IMG/VR virus record: IMGVR_UViG_3300032083_001406
Coordinates: 1,617-65,616 of that record
Reading direction: 5' to 3' (one strand)
DNA: 64,000 bases
Source: a virus
Taxonomy: Duplodnaviria > Caudoviricetes
Shown here piece after piece: positions 1 through 7,248 of this stretch. Each line of letters begins with the position of its first letter. Within the stretch, counting starts at the first letter, position 1. The position numbers were made by a program, and so were the translations under genes. The notes below the pieces were generated by a model, which saw only the letters and a program-made list of their open reading frames with translations, had not been told where the DNA came from and searched no databases.

Positions 1-114
1 ACCTGCATTATTAGCATTTAATCTAACATCTTTCATTAAATCTTCTATTAATTCCTTAACGGTGAGTATATTGCTATTTACTTGTCTTTCGATACTAGAT
101 ACTGATTTATTCAT
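1..114 (-). CDS. hypothetical protein, 5' part (runs off the window edge)
   Basis: ATG at 114 opens MNKSVSSIERQVNSNILTVKELIEDLMKD...; a promoter-like ACAACCTTTATATC lies upstream on the minus strand (~161-175). Confidence 0.5.
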   Translation of the reverse strand, partial: MNKSVSSIERQVNSNILTVKELIEDLMKDVRLNANNAG

Positions 115-670
115 AATACCATTCAAACGTATCGCCCTATTCTAATGTATTTCAAAGATAGATATAAAGGTTGTGGGGGTATAACATTTTAACCATATCA
201 TTCAAACTAATTAATTCATTATTATTAATTGATGATTAATGCCTTTATTGATGTAATTGATGCCTTTATTATTGGTTATTTATGCTAAAATGGTCAATAA
301 TAAATTATTGATAAAAAAATAAAATTTGGAACAAAGCCATATGGTTGTAAAGAAATTATGAAAGTTGCATAATTAATTTGATTTAATCGTTTTTAAGCAA
401 TAAGGGGCTATTATCTAGAGTATAATAACCTTAATCAGCAATAAATCTATATATATTCAATGTTGCCTATATAGTTACATAACTGTTTAAAGTCATGTTA
501 TGCAACCTGCATTGACATATTAACACCATATGGTTGTTTAATAGAACATTAATATTGTTCTTTCCGATAAATAGTGTTTTATTAAAAAGGGAGGGAGGGG
601 CTAAAAAAAGGCCGAAACCAAGCAGTTTTTATGGTCTTGCTTAGGACTCGCACGTTTGAGGGTTAAAGGC

Positions 671-1012
671 TCAATTCTCTTCCAAATGAGGGAATTGTTG
701 CTTCAAAGTGTCAATGCACTCTTGAAGGCATAGCCTCGCTCCTTTGTCTGTTTCAGCATTGAACAAAGCACGTTCAAGTGAATAGAGAGTCAAAAGAGGC
801 ATTTTGTCTTGAGAGATAGGAAACGATAAATCCCCACGCTCAAAACCCTGTAATTCATCACAACGGGCAATAAATCGCTCTTTATCGAAGTTCTTACCAA
901 AACGGTCTAAAACGCCACAAAGACGTTCAACCATTGACTCATCAGTACCCATTAATTCTTCATTAGCCACAAACTCGGCAAATGCTTCAAAGTGTTGTGT
1001 TGTTAATGACAT
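671..1012 (-). CDS. hypothetical protein
   Basis: 113 aa ORF, last gene of a 3-gene minus-strand unit, GGAGG SD. Confidence 0.75.
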   Translation of the reverse strand: MSLTTQHFEAFAEFVANEELMGTDESMVERLCGVLDRFGKNFDKERFIARCDELQGFERGDLSFPISQDKMPLLTLYSLERALFNAETDKGARLCLQECIDTLKQQFPHLEEN

Positions 1013-1306
1013 TTATTCTTCCTCCAGCGTATAACCTTCGGGAGCGATAATAATACCTTTTCCGCCTTCTTCCCATTCACCATGCCAACGATTCTCTCTA
1101 AAAGCCTGTTTAAGTCTAGAAACAACATATCTTCCTCGATTCTCTGCATATTGGCGTTGATTGTGTATCATACCACGACTATGAGGATGAGTTAAGATAT
1201 TGAGCATAATGCCCTTATCTAGTTCCAAAGCCATGAATGCTTCTACAACGTGTTTCTGTATTTTGTTCAATTGTTCAATTATTTCATTTGGGATATATTT
1301 CATCAT
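1013..1306 (-). CDS. hypothetical protein
   Basis: 97 aa ORF coupled to upstream gene by ATGA overlap. Confidence 0.75.
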   Translation of the reverse strand: MMKYIPNEIIEQLNKIQKHVVEAFMALELDKGIMLNILTHPHSRGMIHNQRQYAENRGRYVVSRLKQAFRENRWHGEWEEGGKGIIIAPEGYTLEEE

Positions 1307-1533
1307 TCTTCACCTACTGCTGTTTGAGTTCCAGAGACAATAGTAGTAACAGCCCTTCGGTCAATTAATACCCTTAGTAGGGAATCCATATCAATTTCTA
1401 AAGCATAGTATTCTTCACCAGTTGAGGTTTCCCACTTTTGGCATTCTTTCAATGCTTCAATATTTAGGCTGATTTTCACCTTTGTTTTATCTGTTCTTCG
1501 TCTTACATATCCTATTAATTTTGGTTCTTCCAT
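1303..1533 (-). CDS. hypothetical small beta-rich protein
   Basis: GGTGA SD before ATG 1533; TATA-like CCTTATATAACCC upstream. Confidence 0.75.
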   Translation of the reverse strand: MEEPKLIGYVRRRTDKTKVKISLNIEALKECQKWETSTGEEYYALEIDMDSLLRVLIDRRAVTTIVSGTQTAVGEE

Positions 1534-1560
1534 GTTTTTCACCATTTATGAGATTCAATT

Positions 1561-1635
1561 GGGTTATATAAGGTTGTGTCTCAAAAGCGCACAACCATAT
1601 GGATGTCTTTGCATCCTCGTTAAGTACCCTAACCT
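1561..1635. promoter_or_regulatory. divergent archaeal-type promoter pair flanking a CCATATGG palindrome
   Basis: minus strand CCTTATATAACCC (1561-1573); plus strand TTAAGTACCC (1620-1629); palindrome at 1595-1602. Confidence 0.65.
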
Positions 1636-1688
1636 ATTCTAATGAACGGTTTATGGTGAGATTAGTCATCCAATATGGAGGAATAAAC

Positions 1689-2198
1689 ATGAATACAGAA
1701 AAATGGAACACAAAGAAACAATTAATCGTTGCTTATGTAGAGAACACAGACGTTGGTAGTTTTGCACCAATTGTTATGGGTACTGTCGCATTAGTCGATG
1801 AAGCGCAAACTGATGAAAGCCGACAAACTCTAGTAGAATCTATTAGAGCGATTTTCAAGACAATTGACCCTAATAAGATAAGTGGAGCCTTTCGTACAGG
1901 AAAGCAGCCTACACTTCCCGCTAGTGTCCTTTCAGTTCTAATGACCATTATGGCTACTGTTAATGCAAATCTTCAAGATTTGTTCAATTCAGACCATATG
2001 GCTAACCTTTTGATACCTCACGGTAAATCAAAAGATATGGGCGATTTGTTCTCAGATTCTGAACAATACGCTGAATACGAATCAAAGCGAATAGAAGCCC
2101 GCTTGAATAAGTGGTATCGTTCCAAAATTTGGGATGGTACGCTTAAAGGCTTACAAACACTAAATTTCCCTTCAATGGAGGTTGAAGAGGAAGAATGA
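1689..2198 (+). CDS. early protein, paralog family copy 1
   Basis: GGAGG SD; shares RTGKQPTLPA, PHGKS, WDGTL and an acidic tail with 4853-5401 and 6222-6704. Confidence 0.8.
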   Translation: MNTEKWNTKKQLIVAYVENTDVGSFAPIVMGTVALVDEAQTDESRQTLVESIRAIFKTIDPNKISGAFRTGKQPTLPASVLSVLMTIMATVNANLQDLFNSDHMANLLIPHGKSKDMGDLFSDSEQYAEYESKRIEARLNKWYRSKIWDGTLKGLQTLNFPSMEVEEEE

Positions 2199-2237
2199 TG
2201 GCAAATCTCACCATAGGCCACCTTTTAGTCCCAATAT

Positions 2238-2310
2238 GGGGAAAACGACCAATAGAATACGAATTAAAATTTACAATAAAATTATTCTGGTCGTTTTCCC
2301 CTGTTTTTTT
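2238..2310 (+). terminator. long hairpin plus T-run
   Basis: GGGGAAAACGACCA ... TGGTCGTTTTCCCC followed by a T7 run. Confidence 0.65.
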
Positions 2311-2358
2311 AAATAAGGTTGTATGCAAAGACATACAACCATATGGTAGTCTTTGCTA

Positions 2359-2377
2359 CCTCATTAAGTACCCCAAC
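2359..2377 (+). promoter_or_regulatory. TATA-like promoter
   Basis: CCTCATTAAGTACCCCAAC, near-identical to the promoter at 1615-1633. Confidence 0.6.
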
Positions 2378-2391
2378 AGAATTACTTGAAC

Positions 2392-2658
2392 ATGGAATCC
2401 CCATTTAAACCAATAAAGAAAGAATTAGGAGACATTGTATTCCAAGACGGAACAGTTTCTGTTACTGAAACATATGTCTTTAACAACCACATAGAATTAG
2501 AAGATTTACACGACTATCTTAAGTCCCTCAATAATCAAAAATATGAAATTTTAATTCATTTAGACAGAAAAGAAATAGCACTCACATATTATGTTAATTA
2601 CTTTCAACACGTTGAACTCTATCCAGAATTCAAAGTTAAAGGAGATGAAGAAGAATGA
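2392..2658 (+). CDS. hypothetical protein
   Basis: ORF starts just after the promoter (possibly leaderless), ends GDEEE with ATGA overlap. Confidence 0.7.
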   Translation: MESPFKPIKKELGDIVFQDGTVSVTETYVFNNHIELEDLHDYLKSLNNQKYEILIHLDRKEIALTYYVNYFQHVELYPEFKVKGDEEE

Positions 2659-2786
2659 GAAAATCAGCAACAACCTCCGTTGAAGAATTTGCCCTTGACT
2701 TTACTATTTGGATTCAAGAAACACATCCAAAGATATTCTTTGACCTACTAGCAGCCTATAATGGAAATAAGGGGGAAGAAGAATGA
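2655..2786 (+). CDS. small hypothetical protein (43 aa)
   Basis: MRKSATTSVEEFALDF...GEEE, ATGA-coupled at both ends; below ORF-track cutoff. Confidence 0.55.
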   Translation: MRKSATTSVEEFALDFTIWIQETHPKIFFDLLAAYNGNKGEEE

Positions 2787-2923
2787 CTCAAGTAATACTC
2801 TCAATGGGAGAACATATCAGAATTATAACTGAATTATGTTCTGAATATGACCATAGATATGCAATGCTTTCATGTAAAAAATGTAAGCCATTAAGAGATG
2901 GAAGTCCATTTGGATTAATTTAA
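2783..2923 (+). CDS. small Cys/His protein (46 aa)
   Basis: MTQVILSMGEH...CSEYDH..CKKC, ATGA-coupled. Confidence 0.5.
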   Translation: MTQVILSMGEHIRIITELCSEYDHRYAMLSCKKCKPLRDGSPFGLI

Positions 2924-3407
2924 TCCAAAGTTCAGTCATAGAGGACTGATGAATTACCACACTCTATGCAATAGGGGTTTGCCTAATTAAAAACTCGATA
3001 CCGAAGGGCTACGGCACTTTTTGTTCATCAATTAGTAATGCCGAGAATGAGCGAGTTCCCCATTTTTTTCCAAAATAACAAACCGTTCCCTACGGACACA
3101 ATTAGAGTTATTAGACGCATTTTCGTTGAAGCGGGGCTAAGACTATGTTAGACGTTGAAAGCCATTAACACGAATAAAGGAACAACCAGTTATTTAGAAC
3201 CAAAATCATGTAAGTTACAATCCAAACGATTGAAAGAGCCCCGCCAGTTCAATTTAGTCCTTTTGTAACCTCTGCATGATGGCGGTTTTTGCATTATTTT
3301 TATTTCTTAAGGTACACAAAGAAGTACCATATGGTTGTATCAGTTGTTATTGGTCTTTCTGTTAATATACATGATACAGGGGGGGAGGGGCTAAAAAATG
3401 AAAAAGT

Positions 3408-3436
3408 ACCCCCTCAAGACCTGAATCTTGAGGGGG
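3408..3436 (-). terminator. hairpin terminator
   Basis: CCCCCTCAAGA/TCTTGAGGGGG stem with a T-run on the minus strand. Confidence 0.65.
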
Positions 3437-3488
3437 TCGGCATTTGCATGAATAAATTCATACAATTTCAAACATCGAATGTTTGCAA

Positions 3489-3857
3489 TCAAAGTGTATC
3501 TTGATTCAAAAAGTCAAACTTTGCTTTGATTTTCGCAAGTTCTTTCTCTGCTTTGGTCAATGGTTCCGAAACTGGGGACAAATCAAGAGTTGATTTGAAA
3601 TTCCATGTTTGGTCTACTTGAACGGCTTCAACTGTGTATTTCTCACGACACACTTCTCTTTTGAGATTTTCCAATTTTACTTGGTTCTTTCCTCTAACCG
3701 TTCCACCTTGACGAACCAATGCAGTTATTTTATCCATTAACCTCATTCGGTGCATATTGTTTTTTTCCTTGCATACTGCAAGAGCGACGTGCTTTTTTGC
3801 ATAGCACTTCACTAGTTCTCCAGTTTTCACATTTATTACGTTGTGATGTTCAGACAT
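3489..3857 (-). CDS. hypothetical basic protein
   Basis: GGAGGT SD before ATG 3857; CCCTATATACCC promoter upstream. Confidence 0.75.
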   Translation of the reverse strand: MSEHHNVINVKTGELVKCYAKKHVALAVCKEKNNMHRMRLMDKITALVRQGGTVRGKNQVKLENLKREVCREKYTVEAVQVDQTWNFKSTLDLSPVSEPLTKAEKELAKIKAKFDFLNQDTL

Positions 3858-4007
3858 ATTACTACCTCCATCCATAATAATCTATTAGGGTATATAGGGT
3901 GTCGTTATACTTAATTCAAAGCATCACACCATATGGTAATAGGCTTTTGTATATTACCTTATATAATATCCAATTATTCTATAATTACCTTACAGGAGGT
4001 AAAACAA

Positions 4008-4541
4008 ATGGAAGAAAAACCAGAAATAGAAGAAGAAAAGAACAGAAAAGCCACAATGGAAGACGTTGAAGCATTAGCGAAAGAAATAGGAGTAAGCAAA
4101 ACAGGATGCTCCTATAATTCATTCACGATTGCTTTAGTGCATTTCATTAACAACCTAATGCAACACACATTAGCGAGTCAAAGCGTAAACCTTGAATGCC
4201 TAAAGATTCTAGTGGGAGAACCTATGTCCACACTTCAAGAAATAGAGACACTTTGGAAGAAACATAGTGATTTGCTCAGGGCAGAAAAGAAAAGAAAAGA
4301 ATACTTTGAGAAGGAAGCAGCCAAAATTAATGAAGAGTTAAGACAACTTAGACGTGAAGTGGAAGATTTTCTTAACTCTGAGTTAGAAAATGCAATCCTC
4401 GCTAATGGAATAAAGAGCGAAATGCTTTCTATTGCTAGAGGTCATAGCAATGAAATGTCGTTTTCTGCTATGCTAACAGATGCGGCATATTCAACCCGTG
4501 AAATCTACAAAGGGTTCATCTCAGAAAAGAACCGCAGATAA
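4008..4541 (+). CDS. hypothetical coiled-coil protein
   Basis: GGAGGT SD; promoter CCTTATATA at ~3957; charged helical sequence. Confidence 0.75.
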   Translation: MEEKPEIEEEKNRKATMEDVEALAKEIGVSKTGCSYNSFTIALVHFINNLMQHTLASQSVNLECLKILVGEPMSTLQEIETLWKKHSDLLRAEKKRKEYFEKEAAKINEELRQLRREVEDFLNSELENAILANGIKSEMLSIARGHSNEMSFSAMLTDAAYSTREIYKGFISEKNRR

Positions 4542-4579
4542 TCGAGTTTAAGGTAAATCAGACTTAATACCTGTGTAAC

Positions 4580-4615
4580 GGGGGATAGAGAGTAAATAGG
4601 GCTCTCTATCCCCCA
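4580..4615 (+). terminator. hairpin
   Basis: GGGGATAGAGAG/CTCTCTATCCCC stem after 4541. Confidence 0.55.
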
Positions 4616-4852
4616 AATTCGAGGCTGTATTACCTAAAGACCATTACAACCATATGGTTTGCTTTGCCATCGAAGATAAACCTCGAATTTGAAAAAAAAA
4701 CTGAACGAGTCGCTTTCAAACAATGAATTGAACAATTCCTACTTGAACCAGCCTCAAAACAGGGCGTGGCGAGATTATTATTCATTGTTTGAAAACGACC
4801 CGTTCGTAAAGAATGGGTGGCCGTTGAGCATTAGCCATCAATTCACCAAAAC

Positions 4853-5401
4853 TCACTCTTCTTCTGATACCTCCATATCAGTAGAATCGTTTGTTTCGGT
4901 TTCCGACTTAACTGGTGCTACCATACCAGTCATGCCGTTTTTGTCGAGAGTTCCATCCCAACGCTTTCCGTTCTTATCTCTAAAAGCAGAGATAAGATTA
5001 GATTCAGCCTTATCTGCAAAATATTGAGCAAAAGACTCTTGGGTGTAGTTTCCGCCAGTTTTACCGTGAGGGAGGATTGTCTCAAGGATAACAGGGCAAG
5101 AATCAATAAGGGCTACAAAGGCAGTATGAACCGCTTTCGCAACAGAATTGACATTTACCATGATTTCTGCTGGAAGGCTTGAACGACGACCTTGACGCAA
5201 TTGCAAGCCTTCGACGTTTTTTACCATAGCACGAATAGAATCCCAAAGGTTTCCACGACTTTCATCGTTGGATGTTTCGGAACGGCCTTGTTCGGCTTGA
5301 AGGGTTACAATAGTACCTATGTTCCCTATATCGTTCATTTTCATAAAAGCCTCAATTGGCTCTAATCTTTCGTTAAATTTATCTAATGTTAGTTCACTCA
5401 T
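4853..5401 (-). CDS. early protein, paralog family copy 2
   Basis: RQGRRSSLPA, LPHGKTGG, WDGTL, EVSEEE; promoter CCTTAAGTACCCC at 5480-5492. Confidence 0.8.
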   Translation of the reverse strand: MSELTLDKFNERLEPIEAFMKMNDIGNIGTIVTLQAEQGRSETSNDESRGNLWDSIRAMVKNVEGLQLRQGRRSSLPAEIMVNVNSVAKAVHTAFVALIDSCPVILETILPHGKTGGNYTQESFAQYFADKAESNLISAFRDKNGKRWDGTLDKNGMTGMVAPVKSETETNDSTDMEVSEEE

Positions 5402-5669
5402 ATGTTTCACTTCCGTTTGTTTCATGTTTTTTGGTGCGTTTGATGTTTAATGCTCAACGACTGTTCATAGGAAACTCATGGGGTACTTAAGGTGGAAACA
5501 AAGACTTCCACCTAATTATAACCTATTAACTTAACACTATATGGGTATAATATTTTGTACCTACGTCAAAGCCTCATTTTATTAGGTATATTCCAATTGG
5601 GTTTATACAAATAAGTATAGTTATACAATATCGTATAAGATATAACTATACTATAACTAAAGTAAATCA

Positions 5670-6130
5670 TTATTCTAACGCTGTGGAGGGGCTAGAATAA
5701 AACAAAGGTTGAGAAACTGGAGGGTTGTGCAACAGAAGTAGAGAGAAATTAAATATTTCTAATATTCTAATATTCTATACTATACTACTACTACTACTAT
5801 GTGTGTTATTAATTGTTATAGGGATAGGGTGGGAGATAGAGAGAGTAAGAGGGGGCATTAGAATAATAGAATAAAAAATAATGTTGCGAAAATGACAGTT
5901 TCGCAGAGTTATAGCAGGGCTGTGTTGCATAACCTATAATTTAAGCAGACTAGAATAACCTCGCTCAGATTAGAAACATCAGAATTTTTTTCTAATAAAT
6001 ATGCTTTGTTAAAATATCAATTAATTTTAATGGGTTTGAATTACACATTGTCAGATTTTTGTGCTGAATCTATTGACAGAATTGATTGAACAAAGAAAAT
6101 ACTTTAGAAAGTTTAGAAAGATTAGAATAA
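5670..6130. repeat. AT-rich non-coding region with about 13 TAGAA/TTCTA repeats and a (CTA)n tract; candidate replication origin
   Basis: e.g. TTCTAATATTCTAATATTCTA at 5757-5777, TTAGAATAATAGAAT at 5858-5872, TTAGAAAGTTTAGAAAGATTAGAAT at 6103-6128; no ORF. Confidence 0.45.
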
Positions 6131-6221
6131 TCATCTGTTCTGAATCGAATCATTCAATTCATTACTCCTTATATATGGGTAATACTTAGGAAGTTTGCCT
6201 TCGGGCAGTAGTTGAAAAATT

Positions 6222-6704
6222 ATGGAAGAAATGGACTGGAACAGTTTGAAAATTGAAATAGAAGAATACCTTGAAGCAGATACCCTACTTGATGGCGGAT
6301 TACGCCAAATTGTAGAGTTGCACCTTCAAGTTGGAACAGAAAACCCAAATGAGCGAGATGCGGCACACAACGCATTAAAGGCTCTATTGCGTGGCCGTGA
6401 TGGAACACCTTTCCGTCGAGGTCAAAAGAGCAGTATTCCTGCCGCAGTTAGAGTTGCAACCGATAGAATTTGTAATGTAGTTAATGAGGCTGTATTGTCT
6501 TATTACAATCATGACCCTATTATCGGAGCAATCTCCTTTAAACACGCAAAATCTGGTGGAGGAAACTTTGACTCCGCAGACGAATTTGCTGCTTCATGGG
6601 TTAAGAAAACTCGAAACTCCCTTAACAGTCAATATAAGGCTGGAACTTGGGATGGTTCAGTAGATAGTCTTCTATCCTCTGAAACCGTTGAAGAAGAACT
6701 TTGA
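6222..6704 (+). CDS. early protein, paralog family copy 3
   Basis: RRGQKSSIPA, KHAKSGGG, WDGSV, TVEEEL; promoter CCTTATATAT at ~6167. Confidence 0.8.
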   Translation: MEEMDWNSLKIEIEEYLEADTLLDGGLRQIVELHLQVGTENPNERDAAHNALKALLRGRDGTPFRRGQKSSIPAAVRVATDRICNVVNEAVLSYYNHDPIIGAISFKHAKSGGGNFDSADEFAASWVKKTRNSLNSQYKAGTWDGSVDSLLSSETVEEEL

Positions 6705-6752
6705 GTATAACTCTAAGTTTGTAATCTAATAAACTGTGTTTATTAGAGGCCG

Positions 6753-6788
6753 AATGGGGGGAGTTTCAGGACTCCCCTCATTCCTTTT
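6753..6788 (+). terminator. hairpin terminator
   Basis: GAATGGGGGGAGT...ACTCCCCTCATTC followed by TTTT. Confidence 0.55.
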
Positions 6789-7041
6789 CATGGGAGTTTG
6801 TTCGGTAATAAGGTCTTGATACCTCTTTGGTCGTCATATTCTGGTGGTAAGAACAATTGACCTTCCTCCCTCCTTTTTAAATCCTATTACAGATAATAGG
6901 TCTTTGTAGATTTGATGGGTTCGCTGAGCGTCGGACTCCTTAAGTACCCCACCGCCTCTCGGTGATTGTTAATAGTGAATTGTATCAAATAACGACATTA
7001 AATGTTATTTGTATTCATTCTAAGACTTAAACTCTTAATCT

Positions 7042-7126
7042 GTGGGAATATCCGAGTTTGGTCAAAGGAGCAGGGCTTAAACTCCTGTGCATATTCGCTT
7101 CGCAGGTTCAAATCCTGCTTCCCACA
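7042..7126 (+). tRNA. trnL: tRNA-Leu(UAA), long variable arm, CCA not encoded
   Basis: acceptor stem GTGGGAA/TTCCCAC, anticodon arm CAGGG-CTTAAAC-TCCTG, T arm GCAGG-TTCAAAT-CCTGC. Confidence 0.9.
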
Positions 7127-7248
7127 CTTCATGGAGAAGTTGAGCAAAGGTGGCCGTTTTAACGATAAACGATTAATTACCTCCCCCGTATAATTAATCG
7201 TATTGCTCCTTCTCCGCCTATTCCACTCTAAATAAGGAGGTAACAATA

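Larger units (their letters stand above)
331..4666. repeat. dispersed palindromic element, consensus (T)ACAACCATATGG-N0-7-CTTTG; 7 intergenic copies
   Basis: CCATATGG cores at 337, 526, 1595, 2339, 3327, 3929 and 4650 are all intergenic and mostly flanked by CAAAG/CTTTG; degenerate copy near 5537. Confidence 0.9.

Noticed and set aside
1994-2001. CCATATGG inside ORF 1689 (another at 11224)
   Set aside because: These copies are in coding sequence and lack the ACAA/CTTTG flanks; treated as chance.
331-4666. CCATATGG repeats as a CRISPR array
   Set aside because: Spacing is irregular (190-1070 nt), the intervals contain whole genes, the repeats are short and in both orientations, and there is no cas operon.
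4689-5027. 112 aa plus-strand ORF
   Set aside because: Antisense to paralog 2, runs through a hairpin and has no SD; shadow ORF.
7042-7126. tRNA read as an ochre suppressor, implying stop-codon recoding
   Set aside because: The loop register CT-TAA-AC gives anticodon UAA (Leu), not UUA, and genes read normally with standard stops.
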